IMG/VR virus record: IMGVR_UViG_3300015195_000006
Span: 1-64,000 of that record
Source: a virus
Length of the DNA stretch: 64,000 nt
Reading direction: 5' to 3' (one strand)
Part shown: positions 1 to 7,795 of the stretch, one piece after another
Layout: the number at the start of each line of letters is the position of its first letter
Position numbering within the stretch: the first letter of the stretch is position 1
The notes under the pieces: generated by a model
The model's database searches: none
What the model was told of the DNA's origin: nothing
Seen by the model: only the letters and a program-made list of their open reading frames with translations
Made by a program: the position numbers and the translations under genes

Positions 1-797
1 ATCCTGGCTCGACGCCCGCTCAAATCTTGGATTTGCTCGAGCGAACGGTCAAGCACCTGCCAGGATCGGCGAACGATATTGGCGAGGCGCTGGGGCGCGG
101 GGATGCGTTCGCGGCGTTTCAACTCGGACCCGTCTCGCCGCCCCCTCCCCCACCGCCTCCGGTCAAGCCGCCCAGTATCTGGGATGCTTGCTTGCCTAAA
201 GCCGTGGCTATGGTTGCGGTTCTGATCGCGCTGATCGTGGCTTTAGTGGCGTGCCTGGGCGATCCCGCACCGACGCCAGCACCAGGAATCACGGTGACTC
301 CTGCTGGTGGAGTTACTGTGCCTGCTCCGATCACACCGAGTGGATGCACCGTAGGCGATCAAATTCCCTACGTTTATCACGATTATCGCCTTGTAGTTCA
401 AGCGACTTGTATCGTGGTTATTGGGCGCGTTGAGGCGGTTCGCGGAGAAGCAGACGGAGATCGGCACGTGATGGTGCGACTCAACTCGCAATACCAGCAA
501 TACATCAATACTGGGAATACCGCGCATCAAAGCGGTGACTTGGTGGTAGAGCCAGTCTGTTTTTCAGTTCCCACCCAAGCTGATGCGATTGATCCGTGCA
601 GGATCGATCCTGACCCGATTAGAACATTGCCGAACGTGGGAGATTGCGCTCAATTCGAGGGACGCTACGTTTTAGACACGACCCATTTCTCTTGGGCAGA
701 AATCCATCCTCTCGGAAAATGGACTCCATCTAACGCGTGTTCAGCCGCATTGCGTTCGCTTGAACAGTTGCATTTCGAGGATCCACAGGACGATTAA
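1..797 (+). CDS. 3' portion of a subtilase (S8)-like membrane-anchored protein; 5' end lies outside the window
   Basis: Frame is open from nt 3, with no stop before the TTG at 27 used by the ORF track. First residues PGSTPAQILDLLERTVKHLPGSANDIGEALGRGDAFAAF resemble the stretch after the catalytic-Ser helix of subtilisins. An 8-Pro linker, one TM helix (AVAMVAVLIALIVALVA) and a ~170-aa Cys-containing domain follow. Confidence 0.5.
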   Translation, partial: PGSTPAQILDLLERTVKHLPGSANDIGEALGRGDAFAAFQLGPVSPPPPPPPPVKPPSIWDACLPKAVAMVAVLIALIVALVACLGDPAPTPAPGITVTPAGGVTVPAPITPSGCTVGDQIPYVYHDYRLVVQATCIVVIGRVEAVRGEADGDRHVMVRLNSQYQQYINTGNTAHQSGDLVVEPVCFSVPTQADAIDPCRIDPDPIRTLPNVGDCAQFEGRYVLDTTHFSWAEIHPLGKWTPSNACSAALRSLEQLHFEDPQDD

Positions 798-939
798 ATG
801 ATCGAACTGATTGCGGGCATCGTTATTTTCGTAGCGTTCCTACTTGAGCCAACGCTCGACGCGCTCAGCGGCAATTGGCTGGAATGGGTTGACACTCACA
901 TCTGGGAGCCGCAAAGAAGATTTTGGCATACGGTGTTTG

Positions 940-1176
940 ATGCCAAATAATCTGCAAGGTGCAGCGTTTCAGGCAGTCGCCGGCAAGCCAGAAGCTTTCA
1001 AAGACATCGAAGGTAGAACTTGCTACCGCCTACCATTTGTCACGCTCGACCAGGTTCCCGCGGAGATCGAAGGCAAGATACTGCAAGTCTTCGTGCTCGA
1101 TCAACCTATGCCGAGCATTAAAATCCTATCGGATTGGTATGACGACAAAGGACATCATTTCGCATTACTCGCCTAA
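940..1176 (+). CDS. hypothetical protein (78 aa)
   Basis: ATG at 940 inside track ORF 844..1176 (which starts at TTG). Same strand as neighbours. No recognisable motif. Confidence 0.4.
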   Translation: MPNNLQGAAFQAVAGKPEAFKDIEGRTCYRLPFVTLDQVPAEIEGKILQVFVLDQPMPSIKILSDWYDDKGHHFALLA

Positions 1177-1234
1177 TCCTGCTTTGGCGATTGCAGGAAC
1201 GGTGATATAATTAACGCAGAAGGGGGTGATATAA

Positions 1235-1429
1235 ATGGCATACGATCCAGAAAAGCAAGTTTCAGTTCGTGTCGTACAAGAAGATGGGACGCTCGGAGAT
1301 TCCCAGGACATGCGCGAAGAAGAGGCGTTTCCTCTCATCAACAGCTTCACTGCGTTCTTTACGAATCCAGTGGACTCTGATCGAAAGGATTTCAAGGAAT
1401 GGGGCGAAGCAGGTCCCGAAAAATCGTAA
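1235..1429 (+). CDS. hypothetical acidic protein (64 aa)
   Basis: Track ORF. ATG is preceded by the purine-rich AGAAGGGGGTGA. No motif. Confidence 0.5.
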   Translation: MAYDPEKQVSVRVVQEDGTLGDSQDMREEEAFPLINSFTAFFTNPVDSDRKDFKEWGEAGPEKS

Positions 1430-1481
1430 GACCGCCAGCCACGCGGTTCGTGGCTAGTTCAATTTTCAATGAGGTAACAAA

Positions 1482-1898
1482 GTGAAAAAGTTCATTCCGT
1501 TGTTCGTTGCTCTCGCAGTTTTCATCACCGTCACCAGCGCGTTCGCCCAGGGACCCCTTCCGGTCCCGGCTCCGTTTGTGGTGCCACCCGTGTTCATCGC
1601 GTTCGTCGCTGGCTTCTTCGCGTTTCTCGGAACTCAGGGTGTCAAAGCCATTCTTGCGTTGACCGGTATCGATCTTTCCGGTGGATTGGCTGTGATCGTC
1701 GCGGCAGTGGTTAATGTGGTCGTGGACTATCTTGGCAAGTTGATTGGAACACAAACTACCGATCAACAAGCGCTCATCGCGCAGGCATTAGTTCTGGTTG
1801 TATCGCTATTGGCGATGTACGGTGTCCACTATGCCTACCGCGGACTCAAGGGCGCATCTCCGTTTTCGCTCAATGCGAAAGCGACGTTCAAGAAATAA
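1482..1898 (+). CDS. multi-pass membrane protein with signal-like N-terminus (holin-like size)
   Basis: MKKFIPLFVALAVFITVTSAFA followed by at least three hydrophobic helices. Last gene before the convergent terminator. Confidence 0.6.
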   Translation: MKKFIPLFVALAVFITVTSAFAQGPLPVPAPFVVPPVFIAFVAGFFAFLGTQGVKAILALTGIDLSGGLAVIVAAVVNVVVDYLGKLIGTQTTDQQALIAQALVLVVSLLAMYGVHYAYRGLKGASPFSLNAKATFKK

Positions 1899-1915
1899 AG
1901 GAGACTCTGAAAACT

Positions 1916-1941
1916 AAATCCCCTCAACGTTGAGGGGATTT
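1916..1941. terminator. palindromic hairpin between convergent gene blocks (bidirectional terminator candidate)
   Basis: Perfect 26-nt palindrome AAATCCCCTCAAC/GTTGAGGGGATTT, located between the 3' ends of 1482..1898(+) and 1995..2663(-). Confidence 0.65.
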
Positions 1942-1994
1942 AGCCTGATAACCTGGTTTTCTTGGGCTGGTTGGGCTGGCAATCGGCCCCCAGC

Positions 1995-2663
1995 TTATCC
2001 AATTTGGTCTATCACGTCTGAAAGGGTAGGGTCGGAGGTGTCTCCCGACCGCCCTTTTCCTCGCCCAACGATCACGCCCATCTTCTCAAGCATCTCAACG
2101 ATCTGCTCATACTCTTTCCGATTGAGGCGCATCCCGTCTGAAAACTGAAAGTCATTGACCGCGCCGGCCTCTTTCAGCCACTGAGAACGCGCCACCCAGT
2201 TCTTCCGTCCCATTCCAAGCAACTGGTCTTTCCGCTTCATAAACTCCGTGACGTGTGAAACGAAAACCTGACGATGGATGACCGGGCTATCATCCGTGGT
2301 GTTTGCCGGAATTTCCAACACATCCCCAATCCCACCGCTTTTATTCCAATCCTTATTGGTCATAATCTCGATCCACGCCTCTGTTATGGCCGCAAGATGT
2401 TTCAATGGCTTGACACACAAAGCCAGCATCCTCGAAATAAACACAAAGAGAAATGGCAACGCGATAATCGAGAGCGTAATACGCCAATTCCGGTGAAGTG
2501 TTACTTCATCTCCAAATGCGAAAAAGAGCAAGATCGGAAATGAAATAAGCGCCGCAATCGCCGCGATCGAGGCGTGAACGAGTTCACTTTCGAGAACTTG
2601 GTCCCGAAAGGTTTTCCCGTTGTCGGGAACATAACGCGTCACTTCATTTAGATTTTGATTCAC
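1995..2663 (-). CDS. membrane protein (two N-terminal TM helices plus soluble C-terminal domain)
   Basis: Track ORF. Hydrophobic stretches IAAIAALISFPILLFFAF and ITLSIIALPFLFVFISRMLAL. Last gene of the leftward block. Confidence 0.55.
   Translation of the reverse strand: MNQNLNEVTRYVPDNGKTFRDQVLESELVHASIAAIAALISFPILLFFAFGDEVTLHRNWRITLSIIALPFLFVFISRMLALCVKPLKHLAAITEAWIEIMTNKDWNKSGGIGDVLEIPANTTDDSPVIHRQVFVSHVTEFMKRKDQLLGMGRKNWVARSQWLKEAGAVNDFQFSDGMRLNRKEYEQIVEMLEKMGVIVGRGKGRSGDTSDPTLSDVIDQIG
2614..2629. repeat. copy of 16-bp dyad motif TTMCCG-N4-CRGKRA
   Basis: TTCCCG TTGT CGGGAA. Inside CDS 1995..2663, where it encodes VPDNGK on the minus strand. Confidence 0.85.
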
Positions 2664-2755
2664 GAATCATCACCTGAATCAACTTGTAGAGCGCGAACAT
2701 CGTCAAACACGCCGCGATGAAAAAGAAGATCCAAATCAGAATCGCCGGCGGTGGA

Positions 2756-3049
2756 CTATCGAAGAACATTCCCTACAAACTCCTCGGATTCTTCTTTCGT
2801 CTTGAGCGTGACATACTCAACTCCGTTGGCTTCGCACATTGCCTTCATCAGGATTTCAGAAGGCGTGTAAGACCATCTTACCATAGGATTCTTGATTTCA
2901 ATAAAGTAGACTTTGCCTTTGACGAACCAGACAAAGTCACGCCCTTTGCCCGGACCTTCCAGCCAACCTTGCTTGCAATCCCGAATCGGCTGCATCACCT
3001 CATCAGCATTGTTGTCCGGCTTATTGCCCCAATGTTTGCCCGGCATCAT
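2756..3049 (-). CDS. VRR-NUC family nuclease
   Basis: PD-(D/E)xK-type signature GRDFVWFVKGKVYFIEIK, with the size (97 aa) typical of VRR-NUC domains. ATGA overlap with the upstream gene. Confidence 0.7.
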   Translation of the reverse strand: MMPGKHWGNKPDNNADEVMQPIRDCKQGWLEGPGKGRDFVWFVKGKVYFIEIKNPMVRWSYTPSEILMKAMCEANGVEYVTLKTKEESEEFVGNVLR

Positions 3050-3402
3050 TCACCTATCTTCTTCGGCAAAAGCGATTCTGCCAAGTCGAATATCTTTCGA
3101 CGATATTCCTCAGCTTTTCTTTCCCAGTATTGAAAATCCAAAACAGTAGGCGCCTTATGCGCATTCTCCATCGCCTGATCTTGAAGGGCTTTGTATTTCT
3201 TGGCGAGCTCTGAAAGTTCCATCATCGTCCTCCCAATTGGATTTGCAACCAAAGCGCGAACAACCATCCGAACAAAAATCCCAGCACAGTACCGTCCTTC
3301 GCCTTTGTCGCATGACCCAGCATCGCGACTCCAATCGTAACTGTAAATTGGAATCCCATAAACATCAAGAAAGCCGGGTCCAAGAACGATCTCATTTCTC
3401 AC
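3046..3402 (-). CDS. hypothetical protein (118 aa)
   Basis: Track ORF, coupled to both neighbours by short overlaps. Confidence 0.5.
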   Translation of the reverse strand: MRNEIVLGPGFLDVYGIPIYSYDWSRDAGSCDKGEGRYCAGIFVRMVVRALVANPIGRTMMELSELAKKYKALQDQAMENAHKAPTVLDFQYWERKAEEYRRKIFDLAESLLPKKIGE

Positions 3403-3823
3403 CCGCTAGAATTAAATCGGTGCGGTTGAAAAAATCCTTGAACTTTCCCACATATTTTACTGGATCGCGCGCAACGATAGAGATCCGGTGCGAACTAATT
3501 CCTAAAGACGGAATCACAAACACTCCGCGGAAAACATCCACAAGATTATCTGTGTCCAGTGTGTCAAAACAGAAAAGCAGGGTGAGATCACTCAATACAA
3601 CACGAGAGCTTGTTGAACGCTTGCGAATGAATTGATAGCCCTTAGTATCATGGTTGATGCGACCATACCCGGATCCCTTAACCTCAATCTTCAGGCTCCC
3701 AGTCTCAAGGTCATGCGCATGAATATCAATTCCATTGGCGGAATGACACGCCACTCCAAGTTCCAGGACGTAGTCCAATGCAAACTCTTCAACGGCTTTG
3801 CCGCGCTCGAAATTTGTTTTCAT
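3392..3823 (-). CDS. PD-(D/E)xK nuclease-fold protein (restriction-endonuclease-like)
   Basis: Start taken at the internal ATG 3823, which forms an ATGA overlap with the stop of 3820..4254. Motif IDIHAHD...LKIEVKG fits D...ExK. Confidence 0.45.
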   Translation of the reverse strand: MKTNFERGKAVEEFALDYVLELGVACHSANGIDIHAHDLETGSLKIEVKGSGYGRINHDTKGYQFIRKRSTSSRVVLSDLTLLFCFDTLDTDNLVDVFRGVFVIPSLGISSHRISIVARDPVKYVGKFKDFFNRTDLILAGEK

Positions 3824-4254
3824 TTCCTCATCCTCTTTCGTCGCGCTCGATTCTGACAATGCCTCGAATGAAACCGCCGACTGCGTAATTCCGTGATTCG
3901 ATGCTTCCCACAGTAACACGCCAAGTCATATCCTTGGATTTCTGTCCCTGGCACCAACGGAGTTTTGCTGAAGAACACGGCTCGATAACTGAACCCATTC
4001 AGTAAACCAATGATCTTCCACTTCATCTTTTGGGGAATGGGCTTGGACCCGGTTTCATATTGGCGCACCGTGCTTTCCGACGCCACCCCGAGCATCAGCA
4101 TCACGCGATAGACCGAAAAACGGTTTCCAACCCGCCACACTCGCAAATCCTCTCCCGATACGTCTGAAGCCATTGAGAGCGGTTTTGTAGATACGAGGGT
4201 CAGAACGCACGGTGAGCGCCGATCTCGCTTCTTTCGGCGCGATTTAGAAATCAT
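3820..4254 (-). CDS. helix-turn-helix DNA-binding protein with basic C-terminus
   Basis: Segment FSVYRVMLMLGVASESTVRQYETGSKPIP looks like an XRE-type HTH. Start is uncertain (4254, 4299 or 4173). Confidence 0.45.
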   Translation of the reverse strand: MISKSRRKKRDRRSPCVLTLVSTKPLSMASDVSGEDLRVWRVGNRFSVYRVMLMLGVASESTVRQYETGSKPIPQKMKWKIIGLLNGFSYRAVFFSKTPLVPGTEIQGYDLACYCGKHRITELRSRRFHSRHCQNRARRKRMRK

Positions 4255-4732
4255 AGCCCTTGCTCTTTCTCTCACCTTGAATGTAGATTTGCGCTTCATC
4301 TAACTCCTGGAAAATCTTGTCGCTCTTGATTCCATTACAAACTTGGCAGGCGGCAACGAAATTGCGTGAATAATTATTCCGTGAGAACGAGTATGGCAAT
4401 CTGTGATCCCAATTGATCGTGATGGTGAAACTCTTTCCGTTGCGTTTCCGTCTTTCACCAAATCGCATTTCGCAATACAAGCACCGATAGTCCTGTTCTT
4501 TGAGAATCCTCTTTTGATCTTTCGGTGATGGTCGTCTCCGACCTACCGTTGGTTCGCTTTCGCGTTTGAATCCGCTGGGCTTTGAATTAACGTCAATCCC
4601 GCAACAAGCCAGTCTTCCGTCTATGACGAATGCCATTGACTTGCAGTCTGGGCACCGTGCCTTTTCCATCGCCACATTCCCGAACAAAGCCGTATAGTGT
4701 TTCATAACAAATCGCCCCCGATAGAGTGTCAT
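4244..4732 (-). CDS. HNH endonuclease
   Basis: YRCLYCEMRF...INWDHRLPYS...ACQVCNGIKSDK is an HNH/zinc motif. N-terminal CxxC...CC zinc ribbon. Confidence 0.8.
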   Translation of the reverse strand: MTLYRGRFVMKHYTALFGNVAMEKARCPDCKSMAFVIDGRLACCGIDVNSKPSGFKRESEPTVGRRRPSPKDQKRILKEQDYRCLYCEMRFGERRKRNGKSFTITINWDHRLPYSFSRNNYSRNFVAACQVCNGIKSDKIFQELDEAQIYIQGERKSKGYDF

Positions 4733-4734
4733 CT

Positions 4735-4821
4735 TGCTTAGAGAATGACGGGACGTTTGTCCACTATCGGGGGCGATGCCGAACTCGCCAAATAAAGCGT
4801 CCCGATTTCATTCTCTAAGCA
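4735..4821 (-). promoter_or_regulatory. long leader hairpin abutting the HNH start codon
   Basis: TGCTTAGAGAATGA+CGGGACG (4735-4755) pairs with CGTCCCG+TCATTCTCTAAGCA (4798-4821). Its loop holds CTATCGGGGGCGAT (4764-4777), a perfect complement of 4711-4724 inside the first codons of the CDS. Confidence 0.5.
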
Positions 4822-4826
4822 TTTGT

Positions 4827-4855
4827 ATTATACGGGATGCGACTTGCTTTGTCAA
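4827..4855 (-). promoter_or_regulatory. sigma70-type promoter for the HNH gene 4244..4732
   Basis: Minus strand reads TTGACA (4855-4850), 17 nt, TATAAT (4832-4827), a perfect consensus. Confidence 0.55.
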
Positions 4856-4908
4856 TCACTGTGAGCCAACCAGAGCGGCGATACAATTTCGGCAAAGCGG
4901 CAAAAAGG

Positions 4909-4937
4909 TTGAAAACACTATGGTTTTTGAAAACACT
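4909..4937. repeat. 11-bp direct repeat TTGAAAACACT x2
   Basis: Copies at 4909-4919 and 4927-4937, plus a partial third (TTGAAAA at 4952), in a 374-bp non-coding spacer. Confidence 0.7.
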
Positions 4938-5106
4938 GTATGGCAATGCCTTTGAAAAAGTTTTGACGCCCTATTTTCTTGTGGCGCAATCGGCTACGGC
5001 TCTTCTTGGTATAACGTAGCATTTTCCGCTTTGATTTCATCTTGGATTTTCAATGGGTTTCTGGTATATGGCTCAAAATCAGTGAAATTGAGCCATACTC
5101 CGAACC

Positions 5107-5583
5107 TTAAGAAATATCGCGTGATTTCTTACCATCTTCGAGCAAGAATTGCTGAGACTCCAATTTCTCGAAAAGAGTCTTGCCGGTTTTTGGATTCCAC
5201 ATGTAAGACAGGAAAACTTGTTCGGGAGTAACTTGTTGGAGTTTCAGCCGCGTGATGTCGGCGGTCAACGAATCAAGAAGAATTCTCCAAGCCACTCGGT
5301 TTGCCTGTTCACGCACTCGCTTCTCGGTGCCACGCTGTGGTTTCTTAACTTCATCAAAAAGAACGGTGAACACCTTATCCACGTCGCAGGGCATTTTGAA
5401 AAACATTTCTCCATGTCCTGTGATGAGCGAAAAAACAAAGGCTGTAGTCTCACCGCCTCCGTTAAATTCCTTGTGAACCGACTTCACACCGGCTTTGGAA
5501 AGCAACCGTTCGATGTCAAGAATGCTTTTCTCGGCGGCAACCTCAGTCGTATAATTCATGATCTTAAACCTTTGAGCAGACAT
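5107..5583 (-). CDS. hypothetical protein (158 aa)
   Basis: Track ORF with AAGGA Shine-Dalgarno upstream of the ATG at 5583. Confidence 0.6.
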   Translation of the reverse strand: MSAQRFKIMNYTTEVAAEKSILDIERLLSKAGVKSVHKEFNGGGETTAFVFSLITGHGEMFFKMPCDVDKVFTVLFDEVKKPQRGTEKRVREQANRVAWRILLDSLTADITRLKLQQVTPEQVFLSYMWNPKTGKTLFEKLESQQFLLEDGKKSRDIS

Positions 5584-5587
5584 TCAT

Positions 5588-5827
5588 TTATCCTTTCGCG
5601 CAAAATAGCGCCACTGATTGAGCGTCAATCAAATCTTCGCTTTTGTTCTGCCGCAGAGGTTCGGCTTGAGTAAAAACCGCATACCGATCCTTGCGGTAGA
5701 AATAGACCACACTTTGACCCAATGGGGTGAGAACGTAGGGCACTTCATTCAACGTGTGTTTCAATTCGGATCCCGGAATGGCTTCTAGGACTTGTCGCAA
5801 CTTCTTGTCAATTTTACCGTGTTTCAC
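5588..5827 (-). CDS. hypothetical protein (79 aa)
   Basis: Track ORF. 4-nt overlap with the upstream gene. Confidence 0.5.
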   Translation of the reverse strand: MKHGKIDKKLRQVLEAIPGSELKHTLNEVPYVLTPLGQSVVYFYRKDRYAVFTQAEPLRQNKSEDLIDAQSVALFCAKG

Positions 5828-6297
5828 TTCATCCCATCCTTGAAATTCAAATAGGCAAACTCGCCGTGATATTTGAGCGCCATTTCGTCGTAGGCATGGG
5901 CGGCTTCTTCGGCGGATGCAAAACCACCTTTCCGTATACGAGTGCTAAGAACGTTAATCTGAGCTTGCCATTTCCCTCCTTGAAACACAACGCCCTTATA
6001 GCCGCTAGTATTATTACGAAACTTTCCTCGATTCATCCCATTTTGAGAGTTCGTCGCTATTCGTAGGTTCTCGCGTCGATTATCGAGTCCGTTCCCGTTG
6101 ACATGATCGACTTTCATGCCCTGGGGCGGTTTCATAAGGAAAACATGCATAGAATCATTTCCCCATCGGTGCGCAACGGCATAAAACTTTCCATTCTTAC
6201 CGCTTAAAGTGCGCCACTTGCATTGTGCGGTCACTTTCTCAAAGTCCACGTCGTCAACGATCGCAAATTTCCCGTGCGTTAGTGGAATTCGTTTCAT
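5824..6297 (-). CDS. HNH endonuclease with AP2-like DNA-binding domain
   Basis: HVDHVNGNGLDNRRENLRIATNSQN (HNH_3-type), followed by SGYKGV...WQAQI...FASAEEAAHAYDEMALKYHGEFA (AP2). Start at the internal ATG 6297, in ATGA overlap with the stop of 6294..6485. Confidence 0.8.
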   Translation of the reverse strand: MKRIPLTHGKFAIVDDVDFEKVTAQCKWRTLSGKNGKFYAVAHRWGNDSMHVFLMKPPQGMKVDHVNGNGLDNRRENLRIATNSQNGMNRGKFRNNTSGYKGVVFQGGKWQAQINVLSTRIRKGGFASAEEAAHAYDEMALKYHGEFAYLNFKDGMK

Positions 6298-6485
6298 TCG
6301 TATCTCACAACTTTCTTGAGACCCATCGCCTTGAGTATTTTCTTTCCTGGCTCGCGCCGCCCGCGAATAACATCGCTGAAGTAGGCGGGAGAAACATGCC
6401 ATTCCTTGGCGATCTTTTTCTGAGAATTCCCCCTTACAAGTTCCTTGATCGTCTCAATTACTTCCGCCTGTGTGAAAGACTTCAT
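6294..6485 (-). CDS. small helix-turn-helix regulator (63 aa)
   Basis: SQKKIAKEWHVSPAYFSDVIRGRR is HTH-like. First gene behind the promoter at 6509-6537. Confidence 0.6.
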   Translation of the reverse strand: MKSFTQAEVIETIKELVRGNSQKKIAKEWHVSPAYFSDVIRGRREPGKKILKAMGLKKVVRYE

Positions 6486-6508
6486 ATCTACTCCTTTACG
6501 CTGATTTG

Positions 6509-6537
6509 AGTATAAGCGGATTCCCGTTGAGTGTCAA
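6509..6537 (-). promoter_or_regulatory. sigma70-type promoter
   Basis: Minus strand reads TTGACA (6537-6532), 17 nt, TATACT (6514-6509). The -35 overlaps the stop codon of 6534..7367. Confidence 0.5.
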
Positions 6538-7367
6538 GCAGAATCTTTGTTCGCCAACTCCAATAGTACATCGGCGTGGCATGGTTCTCCCAATGGACAC
6601 CAGCACGCGAGATTCTTGCCGCGCAGATCACGCCATACATCCTCGGGCGTGACTCCAAGTATTCCGTATTCAAGGTCTTTTTTGAACATAATTACCGCCA
6701 CATCACTGCAACATGCATAGTGCCAGTTAATCATCTTGGCTGCCTTGAACTCGTTGACAAGGTAAGGATTTCCCCACTTGGTCGGTCTGCCCACATACAC
6801 CGTGTTCGCGGGCATCCTCCATCCGCGCGTCCGCTTTCGCTGAATTCGTTTTGGCATTTCTCTCCTTGACTTTTCCTCTGATTTTGTTATACTTTTGTCG
6901 TCCTGAGCAGACAGTTGAAGAGCGGGCTGATTCCACGTCAGTCCGTTCTTCATTCTTATCGAGGAATAACTAAAGCCACCAGTCACAATGTGATCCTCGA
7001 CCTCGATATTGAGCAACTCACCTGCCTTCTGAATTTCCCGCGTAATCGCAATATCCTCTGAACTCGGCTCCGAATCTCCACTTGGATGATTGTGCCCAAC
7101 GATGATAGACATTGCATTGTGCAAGATCGCGGGCTTGAAGATGTCCGCCATTCGGATCGTCGTCGAATTGAGCGTTCCGTGATTCACCGTCGTCAGACCG
7201 CAAATCTTCCTCCGCGTCGTCAGCGATAGCACGACTAAGTTCTCCTCCGGCTCGTCGTGAAGATAGCCGCTCAACAGTCGCCCTGCATCATCCACGTGAT
7301 TGATAAACATTGTCGGAATCTTCTTGAACCGCCTCATTCGCACCAACTTGATTCGATGGATCAGCAT
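6534..7367 (-). CDS. RadC-like JAB/MPN domain fused in frame to a DUF4326-like domain
   Basis: JAMM motif HNHPSGDSEPSSED. C-terminal GRPTKWGNPY...LRGKNLACWCP...CHADVLLELAN is DUF4326-like. Start taken at ATG 7367, just after the stop of 7361..7597. An internal AAGGAG-N4-ATG lies at 6857. Confidence 0.7.
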   Translation of the reverse strand: MLIHRIKLVRMRRFKKIPTMFINHVDDAGRLLSGYLHDEPEENLVVLSLTTRRKICGLTTVNHGTLNSTTIRMADIFKPAILHNAMSIIVGHNHPSGDSEPSSEDIAITREIQKAGELLNIEVEDHIVTGGFSYSSIRMKNGLTWNQPALQLSAQDDKSITKSEEKSRREMPKRIQRKRTRGWRMPANTVYVGRPTKWGNPYLVNEFKAAKMINWHYACCSDVAVIMFKKDLEYGILGVTPEDVWRDLRGKNLACWCPLGEPCHADVLLELANKDSA

Positions 7368-7597
7368 TTTACACTTTTCCCGGCAACAGTAAGAATATAC
7401 ATCTCGCCGTTCCTGACTATCAATCCCTTTCGCACTAAAGCATTGATCGTGCGGGAATGGACGCAGCGATAGAAAGTGTTCAAGCCATCGCACCGTTGCA
7501 TCCAAGCCCATTCTCCGCGAGATACCTCTCCGCGATAAATCATCCTTCCGTGAGAAAGATTCTCGATCGTTAGTTTCTCAATTGTGTCGAGTCGCAT
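7361..7597 (-). CDS. hypothetical protein (78 aa), possible winged-helix
   Basis: Track ORF. C-terminal INALVRKGLIVRNGEMYILT resembles a wHTH wing. Confidence 0.45.
   Translation of the reverse strand: MRLDTIEKLTIENLSHGRMIYRGEVSRGEWAWMQRCDGLNTFYRCVHSRTINALVRKGLIVRNGEMYILTVAGKSVKC
7377..7392. repeat. copy of 16-bp dyad motif
   Basis: TTCCCG GCAA CAGTAA. Inside CDS 7361..7597, where it encodes LTVAGK on the minus strand. Confidence 0.85.
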
Positions 7598-7603
7598 TGT
7601 CGC

Positions 7604-7795
7604 TTACTCCTTCCGGAACAATAGGTGCTTCATCGAAATATCCAGAATACGCTTCATCTCCAAGCCACTCTGCTTCTTGCTCGAATTCTCCATAAATCGC
7701 CTTATGGATTCGGTGCTTTCCGCCCACTTGGCAAAGAGTTCTGGATTGGTGTCCCGCTCCGTGAAAGATAACCGCCAAACATTGTTCCATATCAC
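7604..7795 (-). CDS. hypothetical protein (63 aa)
   Basis: GTG start in GTGA overlap with the dnaB stop. The alternative ORF 7578..7874 overlaps dnaB by 80 nt and was not preferred. Confidence 0.35.
   Translation of the reverse strand: MIWNNVWRLSFTERDTNPELFAKWAESTESIRRFMENSSKKQSGLEMKRILDISMKHLLFRKE

Noticed and set aside
4837-5231. Plus-strand track ORFs 4837..5019 and 5031..5231 in the early-block spacer
   Set aside because: They run opposite to all neighbouring genes, have no Shine-Dalgarno and have hydrophobic, low-complexity products. One overlaps the 3' end of 5107..5583.
6866-6893. Plus-strand TTGACT-16-TATACT promoter-like sequence antisense to the RadC-DUF4326 junction
   Set aside because: It lies in an AT-rich linker where such hexamers arise easily, and there is no downstream plus-strand ORF or structure. 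It is noted as a possible antisense RNA start but not called.
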